Source: a virus (lineage: Duplodnaviria > Caudoviricetes). From it: 64,000 nucleotides of DNA. Position numbers and translations under genes: made by a program. This document shows, piece after piece, positions 10,463-18,962 of this stretch; positions within the stretch are counted from its first letter, which is position 1; the number at the start of each line of letters is the position of its first letter. The stretch is from positions 1-64,000 of IMG/VR virus record IMGVR_UViG_3300028533_000217; one strand, written 5' to 3'. The notes under the pieces were generated by a model, which saw nothing but the letters and a program-made list of their open reading frames with translations, did not search any database and was not told where the DNA came from.

Positions 10463-10488
10463 GAGTATACTCAATATTGAGTATACTC
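10463..10488 (-). terminator. Intrinsic terminator between the RNA repeat array and the 361-aa gene
   Basis: Perfect palindrome GAGTATACTCAATATTGAGTATACTC followed on the minus strand by TATTTTTATTT. Confidence 0.7.
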
Positions 10489-10509
10489 ATTTATAAATTC
10501 AATACTTAA

Positions 10510-10682
10510 GATACAATGTTAGCTATAGAGCCTGCCCTCTATCAGCATATAGTATAGAGCCTGCCCTCTATCACTATACATCATATTGTATCAAATATAT
10601 GTAATGTTAGCTATAGAGCCTGCCCTCTATCAGCATATAGTATAGAGCCTGCCCTCTATCACTATACATCATATTACATATA
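10510..10682 (-). ncRNA. Two-unit structured RNA repeat (88-bp period) carrying four 21-bp hairpin repeats
   Basis: TATAGAGCCTGCCCTCTATCA x4 (10524, 10553, 10612, 10641); closing stems differ but both pair (GATACAAT/ATTGTATC; TATATGTAAT/ATTACATATA). Confidence 0.7.
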
Positions 10683-10705
10683 CGCATTTAATCATTTGTT
10701 ATCAT

Positions 10706-10741
10706 TTATATAATATATAATTGAAATATAACCTTTTTACA
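10706..10741 (-). promoter_or_regulatory. Phage early-type promoter driving the repeat array
   Basis: Reverse complement TGTAAAAAGGTTATATTTCAATTATATATTATA, identical to the copy at 53548. Confidence 0.75.
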
Positions 10742-10796
10742 TTTCATTTAATATACAACATTACTGTAATTTGATTAAAATAAAGGAGGAGATGTT

Positions 10797-11129
10797 ATGA
10801 GAACTACATTCACTTTATATAGATATGAAAGCTTAATTAAAACACCAATGCTTTATGTTGAAGAATTACCTGAAAAGCAAACATTTAAGATAAGAGTAGA
10901 AGGAGATAATATAGAAGAAATATTAGATAGAATTTATTTACCTGAAAGATTAAAACAAGACATGAGAAATGATATAGTCAATATAGTAAAAGGATATCAA
11001 ATGTTAACTATGAATATGTCTTATACGCAAGAGAATGTTAACTTATGTAAAAAATATTTCAGAGATATGCTTGATAAATTTTGCATAATTCATGGTAGCT
11101 TTTATAAATTTGACGAAGACGAAATATAA
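10797..11129 (+). CDS. Hypothetical protein
   Basis: AGGAGG RBS; AACA-N6-TA at ~10757. Confidence 0.75.
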   Translation: MRTTFTLYRYESLIKTPMLYVEELPEKQTFKIRVEGDNIEEILDRIYLPERLKQDMRNDIVNIVKGYQMLTMNMSYTQENVNLCKKYFRDMLDKFCIIHGSFYKFDEDEI

Positions 11130-11144
11130 GGAGGGTAAATTTAT

Positions 11145-11798
11145 ATGGGAAAATATTCAGATCATTCAACTTATATGAATAAAGGGATGGAAGAAGTTCC
11201 ATCAGTCACAACTATTTTAAAAATATTAAATAAACCATTTATAGCTAATTGGGCTAATAGTTTAGGATGGAAAAGACAATCGTATGAAAAAGTGTTAGAA
11301 GAAAAAGCTGCTAAAGGAACATTCGTTCACGCTTTATATCATGAATATTTATTTAAAGAAGGACAGCAGTTTGACATTTCAGATCCGAATAGAATTGAGT
11401 TTATTAAAGAATATATAGCAGGATTTAAACAATTTTTAGAAGACGTTGAATTGGAACCTGTATGGGGTGAAAAATCATTTAGTACGGATTCATATGGAGG
11501 TACGGTGGATTTATTATGTAATCTAGATAAAAAACTAACAATATTAGATTATAAGACTTCTAAAAAAGTGTATTCTTCACATTTTATACAATTAGGAGCT
11601 TATATACAGTTATTGGAATATAATGATATTTATGTTGAACAAGTTGGAATTTGTCAAGTTGATGATGGTGGGAAGATTAATTTAACCTTAAAATCTAGAG
11701 ATGAAATGTTAGAATATATGGAACTATTTAATAAATTAAAAGATGTATTTTATTTAGTATACGAACTTAATAAAGAATGGGGTGATATGTTAAAATGA
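11145..11798 (+). CDS. PD-(D/E)XK exonuclease (RecB/Cas4-like)
   Basis: PSVTTIL, KGT.VH, GGTVDLL, ILDYKTS, QLGAY motifs. Confidence 0.85.
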   Translation: MGKYSDHSTYMNKGMEEVPSVTTILKILNKPFIANWANSLGWKRQSYEKVLEEKAAKGTFVHALYHEYLFKEGQQFDISDPNRIEFIKEYIAGFKQFLEDVELEPVWGEKSFSTDSYGGTVDLLCNLDKKLTILDYKTSKKVYSSHFIQLGAYIQLLEYNDIYVEQVGICQVDDGGKINLTLKSRDEMLEYMELFNKLKDVFYLVYELNKEWGDMLK

Positions 11799-12943
11799 GA
11801 AAAAGATTTTTAGTAGTGGGTGATATCCATTTTGGATATTACCCTCCTGAATTGTTATATAAAGAATTTCAATTAATTTTACACACAATTGAAGAAAATG
11901 TTATAGATTGTGTGGTTATAGCAGGAGATTATTATGACACAAAACTATCAATGGCTAGTGCTCATTCAGTTTATTCAGTAAAAGCATTTTCAGATCTAAT
12001 TAAACTTTGTGAAGAAAAAGGAATTAAAGTTAGACAGATTAAAGGAACTAATTCCCATGATCCTGAAAATCAATTAAAGAATTTAGCACAGATAGCTAAC
12101 AGTAGTAGATGTGATTATAAGCTAATAATGACAGTTGACGAAGAGGAATTATTTCCTGGAATGAACGTGTTATATATTCCTGAAGAATATATGGAAAATT
12201 CTGATGAATATTATAAAGAATACTTCAGTAAAAAGTATCAATTAGTATTCGGTCATGGTATGTTTGAAGAAACAAACTTTTCATCTAAAAATAAATTCAA
12301 AACTATGAAAAAGTATCCAATATTTAATTCCAAACAAATGGAAGAATTATGTGAAGGACCTATAATATTCGGGCACATTCATACAGCTCAAAGAATTAGA
12401 AATAGAATCCAATATACAGGAAGTTTAGTAAGAAGTAGATTTGGAGAAGAAGAAGCTAAAGGATTTTATATCGTAGAATTCGATAATGATTCAAAAGAAT
12501 GTGATTTTGAATTTATAGAGAATGAGTTGACTATGAAATACGATACGATAGAAGTAAATTCCGATAATCCCGTATTCTCAATGATGTTATCTGAACAGAT
12601 TGAATACTTTAAAAAATTAGTTAAAATGTATAAAAAAGATTATCTTAGAATAAAAATAAATATACCCGAAGATATGTTAAATTCTACAACATTTGTAGAT
12701 AATGTAAATGTTGTATTTAATGATATTAAGAACGTTAAAATACAAATATATGAGAATAGTAAAGCTAAATTAGATAGCGAACTTAAAGAAAAGATAAATA
12801 TTTTGATGGATAAGTATGGTTTTATCTTTGATAAATCCGTAGGCTATGATGAGAAGATACAAGAATATATAAAACTTAAAACTGGAAAAGAAATAAGTTT
12901 AGACAGGATCAGGTCTATGATATCAGGAAACTCTTTTAAATAA
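11795..12943 (+). CDS. SbcD/Mre11-like metallophosphoesterase nuclease
   Basis: GDIHFG, AGDYYD, GTNSHD, FGHG, FGHIH motifs. Confidence 0.9.
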   Translation: MRKRFLVVGDIHFGYYPPELLYKEFQLILHTIEENVIDCVVIAGDYYDTKLSMASAHSVYSVKAFSDLIKLCEEKGIKVRQIKGTNSHDPENQLKNLAQIANSSRCDYKLIMTVDEEELFPGMNVLYIPEEYMENSDEYYKEYFSKKYQLVFGHGMFEETNFSSKNKFKTMKKYPIFNSKQMEELCEGPIIFGHIHTAQRIRNRIQYTGSLVRSRFGEEEAKGFYIVEFDNDSKECDFEFIENELTMKYDTIEVNSDNPVFSMMLSEQIEYFKKLVKMYKKDYLRIKINIPEDMLNSTTFVDNVNVVFNDIKNVKIQIYENSKAKLDSELKEKINILMDKYGFIFDKSVGYDEKIQEYIKLKTGKEISLDRIRSMISGNSFK

Positions 12944-13095
12944 AATACTTGTAAGCTAGTGACTGGCTTACAAGTAGTGATTTTTTATTTAATAACAACT
13001 TTATAATTTCAATAAAATTATATTTTATCTTTAACAAATTGATATTATAAAAACGAAATTTGAATTTTCAATTAATCGAAAGGAGATTGTTTTAA

Positions 13096-15042
13096 ATGGA
13101 AAATAATAAATTACAAAATCCAGTTACGATTCATGGAGATGGAAGTATATCTGGGAATAACTTAATACAAACTAATGGAAAAAATAAATTTTTAGATAAT
13201 TATAACAAGATGAAAAAAACTGACACAGAACAGTTATTACAGGGTCTGCCTGAATTTATTATAAAAGATATGGTTTTATATTTTTTATTTGATAATTATC
13301 CAAAGAGAAGTAGTTATATAACAGGAGTTTTAGAAACTTTTATAAATCAATTAAATTTAAAGCACATTGAAGATGTTAAGATATATGATATGATTCAATG
13401 GTGTAAAACTGCAATAGATGCTAGAAATAAAGGAATAATGGGCGGATATGCGTTTTTAGATTTTTGTGATACAGGAATAGAAAAAGAAATGGGTTATTTA
13501 GATTTAATGAACCATGTTAAAAATGAGTTGCCTATAAATGAGTATTTATCAGGAATGACAGAAGCTGATATGTATAATTATTTATCAGAGTCTGCATTTA
13601 ATTATATGGTAAATAGAATATCTAAAAATAAGTTCTTATTTGAACAATGTGAAGATTATGAAGCTTTACAAGCTACAATAGATGGGTTAAGAGAAGGGAA
13701 GGACGTAGAAGAAGATTATATAAACTTAAAGAAAAAAATAGAAAGAAATAGACAAAAGTTTTATAGATTAAATTCTGGAAATAAAGTTGGTAGAAGTGCT
13801 TTAGAATCGGGATTTACAGCAAACTTAAATGAAGAAGAATGTAGAGATGAAAACCAAAGAAACTTACAATTACAAGTAAATGGTTGTAATAAATTTAAAT
13901 TTGGTCATCGTTGGTTAAATATGATAACTGGTGGAGGTTTAGAATCTAAACAACTTATGGTTTATGGAGCTCCATCAGGAAACGGTAAAACTACAATGAT
14001 GATAAGTTCTGCGATAGATATGGCGTTATACAATCCTCAAGTTAAGCACGAACCAGGATTAACTCCTTGTATATTATATATTTCAGCAGAAACCGGTGTT
14101 GAAGATATAAAAGGAAGATATATAAAAATGTTAACTGGTACAGATATATCTTGGGAAGATGAATTAACAAGAGAAAAAATGAGATTAAGTGATGAGGAAA
14201 TAGAAAACGAATTAGTTGAAGCGAGTAGAATATTATCAAGACATACACCAACTAGAATAAGATTTATACAAGTTCCAAATAATTCATATTCTAAAAATGA
14301 AATAATAAGAGATATAGAAATATTAAGAGAGTCTGAAAAGTTACAAGTTGTTGCAGTAATAGCCGATTATCTTAAAGGTTTTAAACCTGTAGAAAATCAC
14401 GTTGAGAACAGAATAAGAATAGATAATATAACTTCAGATTTACGTGCTTTAGCAATAGAATGTGACGTTGCAGTTATAACTGCATCTCAGGTTAAAGTTG
14501 AAATGAGTAATGAGGTTTTTAAAGCAAGAGGAAAAATGGAAACAAGTGTTATACCGAAAGATTGTCCTGAAACTGTTTTCTCAGAATCAAAAGGAGTAGT
14601 TGAATGTGCGGACTTTGCATTAGTATTTGCACAAACATCAGATACCTATGAAAGAGATGACTTATCAGATGCAATAAAATTCACACACCTTGAAGCTTTA
14701 GTTATAAAATCAAGAGCTGGTAGACATAATGCAGCTAGATGTTTTATACCTTATGTTGAGGGAAGTCAAATAGCATTCCAAAAAGACATTGATTTATTCG
14801 ATGAACATGGTAAACCTATATGGTTAACTAAGAAAGAATTAGACTTTAAAGGTGATAGAAGTGAATTAGAAAGTAAGAAAACAAAAAATGTAAACAGTAC
14901 AGGATTATTTAGTAATGCAAGTAAAAAGAAACAAGTTACAGTAACACCGGAATGTAATTTAAATAGAGAAGTAAGTGTTTTAGATACGTTACCTGATTCA
15001 GGATTTGGTAATCCTGTATTAGCAGGTGTTGTTGCGATTTAA
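13096..15042 (+). CDS. DnaB-like replicative helicase
   Basis: Walker A GAPSGNGKT, YISAE, IADYL, VITASQ, KSR. Confidence 0.85.
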   Translation: MENNKLQNPVTIHGDGSISGNNLIQTNGKNKFLDNYNKMKKTDTEQLLQGLPEFIIKDMVLYFLFDNYPKRSSYITGVLETFINQLNLKHIEDVKIYDMIQWCKTAIDARNKGIMGGYAFLDFCDTGIEKEMGYLDLMNHVKNELPINEYLSGMTEADMYNYLSESAFNYMVNRISKNKFLFEQCEDYEALQATIDGLREGKDVEEDYINLKKKIERNRQKFYRLNSGNKVGRSALESGFTANLNEEECRDENQRNLQLQVNGCNKFKFGHRWLNMITGGGLESKQLMVYGAPSGNGKTTMMISSAIDMALYNPQVKHEPGLTPCILYISAETGVEDIKGRYIKMLTGTDISWEDELTREKMRLSDEEIENELVEASRILSRHTPTRIRFIQVPNNSYSKNEIIRDIEILRESEKLQVVAVIADYLKGFKPVENHVENRIRIDNITSDLRALAIECDVAVITASQVKVEMSNEVFKARGKMETSVIPKDCPETVFSESKGVVECADFALVFAQTSDTYERDDLSDAIKFTHLEALVIKSRAGRHNAARCFIPYVEGSQIAFQKDIDLFDEHGKPIWLTKKELDFKGDRSELESKKTKNVNSTGLFSNASKKKQVTVTPECNLNREVSVLDTLPDSGFGNPVLAGVVAI

Positions 15043-15081
15043 AAAACGAATATTGATTAAACTATTTTTTTTAATTTATAA

Positions 15082-15164
15082 TATCAGGATTATCCATGAA
15101 ATTTTGTGGGTAGGGAGTGTTAAACGTCTCTTTCACTTAGGTGAAAACTTAAGTGGTCCTGATA
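15082..15164 (+). ncRNA. Candidate four-way-junction RNA downstream of dnaB
   Basis: TATCAGGA/TCCTGATA closing stem enclosing three hairpins with G-U pairs on the + strand. Confidence 0.4.
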
Positions 15165-15177
15165 ACGACGAAAAGGG

Positions 15178-15214
15178 TGAGAGTGAATGAGTTTAATTAC
15201 TCATTCACTCTCTT
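15178..15214. terminator. Bidirectional hairpin overlapping the stop of 15197..15646
   Basis: GAGAGTGAATGAGT-ttaatt-ACTCATTCACTCTC. Confidence 0.7.
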
Positions 15215-15646
15215 AATTATATTGACTTCATTATCTATATAGTTTTCCGATTCTAGAACCATTATTTCATTCAATAGTGAAGTTATATTACTTTTAAACA
15301 CCCTGACCTCAGTAAAGTCAAATTCTGTTACTGAATATACATAGTTTAATCTAAGCAGCATAAAATGTAGTTCTCTAGTACCATATAAATCCTGAGATAA
15401 TAATCTAGGATTAAATCTATATTTTTTATATTCTTCTTCTGATAGAGTTGCGATTACTGTATTATCTAATAATAATTCATAATATTTTTCAAACAAGTTA
15501 AATAAATTAACTACAAACATTTCCCCCGCACTATTAGTCACTATTTCTTTCAATGAAAGTTCTCTAACAGTCATTTTCTCTTCCAAGCCATATTCTATAA
15601 TATCCTGAATAGTTGATTTATTTGATAAATATGCCAAAATATTCAC
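15197..15646 (-). CDS. Putative baseplate wedge protein (T4 gp53/LysM-like)
   Basis: YRFNPRLLSQDLYGTRELHFMLLRLN resembles gp53-like P..LS..LYG..W.IL..N. Confidence 0.55.
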   Translation of the reverse strand: MNILAYLSNKSTIQDIIEYGLEEKMTVRELSLKEIVTNSAGEMFVVNLFNLFEKYYELLLDNTVIATLSEEEYKKYRFNPRLLSQDLYGTRELHFMLLRLNYVYSVTEFDFTEVRVFKSNITSLLNEIMVLESENYIDNEVNIIKRVNE

Positions 15647-15649
15647 CTC

Positions 15650-16096
15650 CTATAGGAAATTAGTTAAATATCCGTCGTTTACATCTCCGTTCATAAAACA
15701 CACTATCATCTTAGCGCCTTTTGGTAAATATGCTGAAGTAATATGCCCATCTATAAATTTATCATTTTTACCTAAACAATTTTTAACTAAACTATGATCC
15801 GATATATAACAACCACATTCAGATTTTTTAATTACTGCTGATTTAGACAATTCTAAACCTGAGAAAGTTTTAACCGTTATAGTATCTAATAGTTTTATAG
15901 TTCCTGTAGCCTGAGGCTTACACTCTGAGTCATTTATTAAAATAGAACTTTGTGGTCTTACTGTTTGTTTACTTGTACTGACGCTAAGTTTCGCTATCGT
16001 AACTTTAACCGAACTTGCAGGTAATGGTGTATCTTCAGCTACATAACAATATTCAAATTGATTTATTTTAAGTTCTTCTAAATTACTTATATCCAT
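15650..16096 (-). CDS. Putative baseplate hub/spike protein (gp5 OB-fold-like)
   Basis: C-terminal LPKGAKMIVCFMNGDVNDG resembles the gp5/VgrG P..G..V.V.F..GD motif. Confidence 0.5.
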   Translation of the reverse strand: MDISNLEELKINQFEYCYVAEDTPLPASSVKVTIAKLSVSTSKQTVRPQSSILINDSECKPQATGTIKLLDTITVKTFSGLELSKSAVIKKSECGCYISDHSLVKNCLGKNDKFIDGHITSAYLPKGAKMIVCFMNGDVNDGYLTNFL

Positions 16097-16188
16097 AATT
16101 TCAACTCCTTTTAGAATTCAATAAATTATAATATTGTATAATTTTATAGACAATAAAATATTGATATTGGTTTAAGGAGGTAAGATAT

Positions 16189-17379
16189 ATGGGAATAGTT
16201 TTAAATGAACAGCAGGATGAATGTGTTAAAAATGCAGTTAATTGGTTTAGAAGCTTTTCATCTAAGCAGACATTTGAAATAAGTGGTCCTGCAGGTTCAG
16301 GTAAGACAACTATCGTAAAGACGATAATACAGAATTTAGGATTGAAAATGGAAGATGTCATGTTTGTAGCTTATGTAGGTAAAGCAGCCTTGCAATTAAC
16401 TCGAAGTGGAGTTAATGGAAGGACTATTCATAGCGCTTTTTACGATATAGATTTTGTTCCAGTTAAAGACGACGAAGGTAAGCCTATAATTAAAAATGGT
16501 AAGATTATAACTAGACCGGAATTTATTAAAAAAGAAAAAATTCCCAGTAATATCAAATTAATAGTAATAGATGAAGCTCCTATGGTAAATGAATCTTTTG
16601 GGATAGACATAGAGTCATTTAATATTCCTATAATTTGTTTAGGAGATTTACAACAATTACCTCCAGTCATAGGAGGTAGTAAATATTTAATAAGACCCGA
16701 CTATGTATTAACTAAAATAATGCGACAGGCAGAAGGAAATCCAATTATATATTTAAGCCAATTAGCATCTAGAGGTGAACATATACCATATGGTAAATAT
16801 GGTGATAAATGTTATGTTATTCCTAAGGATAGAGTAACAGATTCTATGTTATTAAATGCCGATATGATATTAACACCTACAAATGCTAGTAGAGCAAGAT
16901 GTAATAAATATATAAGAGAAGAACTTAGAAGGATTGACTCAGAACTTCCTGTAGAAGGAGAAAAATTAATATGTAGAAAAAACAACAGAAATAGAATAAT
17001 AGGTGATAATGTATATTTAGTAAACGGTATGTTAGGTTATGTTAATAATGTCGATAAATCAACTTACAATACACGAACAGTCGATATATCATTTTCACCT
17101 GATTTTGACGAAAGATTAGTATTCCATAATATTAGGATAGATTATAAAACTTTAATGCAAAGTATACAAATCGATAACGGACAATATAAAAAAGGATATT
17201 CCATGTACGATATGTTTGAATTTGGCGATGCTATTACAGTTCATTTATCACAAGGTTCTCAAGCAGAAAATGTTTTATTTATGTCCGAACCTTTTGGAAG
17301 AGGTGATAGGGATTTGCAAGCTAAACTAGAATATACAGGGATAACCAGAGCTAGTGAAGGTTTGATATATGCTTATTAA
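16189..17379 (+). CDS. RecD/Dda-like SF1 helicase
   Basis: GPAGSGKT, TIHS, IDEAPM, GDLQQLPPV, MRQ, AITVHLSQGS, YTGITRA. Confidence 0.9.
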   Translation: MGIVLNEQQDECVKNAVNWFRSFSSKQTFEISGPAGSGKTTIVKTIIQNLGLKMEDVMFVAYVGKAALQLTRSGVNGRTIHSAFYDIDFVPVKDDEGKPIIKNGKIITRPEFIKKEKIPSNIKLIVIDEAPMVNESFGIDIESFNIPIICLGDLQQLPPVIGGSKYLIRPDYVLTKIMRQAEGNPIIYLSQLASRGEHIPYGKYGDKCYVIPKDRVTDSMLLNADMILTPTNASRARCNKYIREELRRIDSELPVEGEKLICRKNNRNRIIGDNVYLVNGMLGYVNNVDKSTYNTRTVDISFSPDFDERLVFHNIRIDYKTLMQSIQIDNGQYKKGYSMYDMFEFGDAITVHLSQGSQAENVLFMSEPFGRGDRDLQAKLEYTGITRASEGLIYAY

Positions 17380-17388
17380 GGAGATGAT

Positions 17389-17556
17389 ATGATGATACCT
17401 AAAAACCTAGAAAAAGCTTTTAGAGGAACGGGAGGAAAATCTAATTATTCTCCTCCTGAGACTAAGGAGGAAAGAATGGAAAGGATAATGAAACAATTAG
17501 GTATACAGAAACACGGTAAAGGAAAACGAAAAAAGAAAGGTGGTAAAAGAAAATGA
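17389..17556 (+). CDS. Small basic protein (55 aa, not in ORF track)
   Basis: AAGGAG RBS; MMIPKNLEK...HGKGKRKKKGGKRK; stop overlaps next ATG. Confidence 0.65.
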   Translation: MMIPKNLEKAFRGTGGKSNYSPPETKEERMERIMKQLGIQKHGKGKRKKKGGKRK

Positions 17557-17831
17557 CGATAGATGCAATGAAAGCTGTTGTGAATGAAGTGGGAGGACCT
17601 GAAAAAATTGTAGGGTTCAGACAGGCAAATGGATGTAAACATATATTCAGTAGATTTGTATTTAAATTAGAAGATCTTGTTGAATTAGGTGGTCAAGAAT
17701 TTATTAAACTTAGATATATGGATACATTAGGACATGAATGTATAGGCTATTTGGTAATGGACGAAGTTGTTCATTTATATACAATAGATGATGTTGAAGC
17801 TGGAATAATTGTAAGAGATGTTTTAAACTAA
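17553..17831 (+). CDS. Hypothetical protein
   Basis: 92-aa ORF translationally coupled to upstream gene. Confidence 0.7.
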   Translation: MTIDAMKAVVNEVGGPEKIVGFRQANGCKHIFSRFVFKLEDLVELGGQEFIKLRYMDTLGHECIGYLVMDEVVHLYTIDDVEAGIIVRDVLN

Positions 17832-17861
17832 AATTTTATATTATTACAAACAACTGTCTAA

Positions 17862-17972
17862 GTGTAAAACGTATCAAAATTAAGGCTATATTATAGTAGT
17901 GAATATAGAAATAATTAATATAGTTAAAGTGTAAAACGTAATATTTTAAGGCTATATTATAATAGTGAATAA
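17862..17972 (+). promoter_or_regulatory. Tandem early-type promoters
   Basis: Two copies of GTGTAAAACGTA..TTAAGGCTATATTATA.TAGTGAATA at 17862 and 17929. Confidence 0.75.
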
Positions 17973-18107
17973 TAAATAATATTATATTCGATAGTACTCA
18001 ATAAGCCTATGGTTAATAACTATGCTGAATAAGTTTGAGGCAATAAATAATATTAATTATTTCTATGTTCCAAAAAAATATATTATAATTTATGGGAGGT
18101 AACATAT

Positions 18108-18572
18108 ATGAGCCAATTTAATAACAATAATAACATGAATCAAGGTAATGGAAATAAAGTAGCAGAAGAATTAAGACAAGCAAAATTAGAAAGACAACAA
18201 TTAGACAGAAGAGACAAAATGATTAGATTTAAATGTGACCATAAAGATGGTCATGGTAGACCAGCAGTACAACAAGGTCAAGAAGATGGAACTTTAGTAT
18301 GTAGAATATGTGGAACTAAAATCAATGCTAAAATGTTAAATAAAGTTGAAGTTGATAGAAAGTTAAGAGAAGTTATAAATATAATAGAAGCAATAAAAAT
18401 AGCTTCTAATCCAGAGTTAACTCCTAGCTTAGCTAAGATAGAAGAAGGTGTTGATTCATTATTAGCTCTTTATGAAAGAATAATTCTTAAACAAGGAAAT
18501 GCTAATAAAGGAAACAATAATAACAATAATAACAATCAACGTAAAGCAAATTATGGAGCTACAAAGCTTTAA
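18108..18572 (+). CDS. Zinc-ribbon-like protein with Asn-rich termini
   Basis: CDH..CRICG; GGGAGG RBS; double promoter. Confidence 0.7.
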   Translation: MSQFNNNNNMNQGNGNKVAEELRQAKLERQQLDRRDKMIRFKCDHKDGHGRPAVQQGQEDGTLVCRICGTKINAKMLNKVEVDRKLREVINIIEAIKIASNPELTPSLAKIEEGVDSLLALYERIILKQGNANKGNNNNNNNNQRKANYGATKL

Positions 18573-18577
18573 GATAT

Positions 18578-18612
18578 ATAAGAGGATAGATAAAATCTAT
18601 CCTCTTATTTTA
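18578..18612 (+). terminator. Intrinsic terminator
   Basis: ATAAGAGGATAGAT-aaa-ATCTATCCTCTTAT followed by a T tract. Confidence 0.8.
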
Positions 18613-18655
18613 TTTGTCTTTTATGATAAATTTAAGTTAATGATTTGAAATTATA

Positions 18656-18911
18656 ATGTGAAGTGTACTGTACAGATGTGTAAGCATCCAAATAGTTCGA
18701 AACGAGGGGTTCAACGTAAACGTTGATTATATGATAATTGTGAATTATCAGCCGCAAGGAATAGGCTATTTGTCAAGCATTTATGTGAAGTGTACTGTAC
18801 AGATGTGTAAGCATCCAAATAGTTCGAAACGAGGGGTTCAACGTAAACGTTGATTATATGATAATTGTGAATTATCAGCCGCAAGGAATAGGCTATTTGT
18901 CAAGCATTTAT
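18656..18911 (+). ncRNA. Tandem pair of identical 127-nt structured RNA units (family A/B, locus A)
   Basis: Exact direct repeat 18656..18782 / 18783..18909; GC-richer than flanks; multiple hairpins; homologous to 42005..42282; enclosed by inverted repeats 18621..18645 / 18919..18943. Confidence 0.8.
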
Positions 18912-18962
18912 ACGTTCCAATCATTGATTTAAATTTATTATAAAAAATAAAGGAGTGATTTT

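Noticed and set aside
10510-10682. CRISPR mini-array or TIGR array (21-bp repeats; AUGAUG/CUGA box-like words)
   Set aside because: Spacers are 8 and 38 nt and themselves repeated rather than unique; no cas or recognisable Nop-domain gene nearby.
15082-15164. tRNA gene
   Set aside because: No GG D-loop, no TTCRA T-loop, no CCA; no canonical tRNA found in the window.
18656-18911. Hammerhead or hairpin ribozyme (CGAAAC..GUC, GAAGU words)
   Set aside because: No correctly placed CUGANGA core, and the required pairing conflicts with the covarying stem; the resemblance is partial, so no family is assigned.
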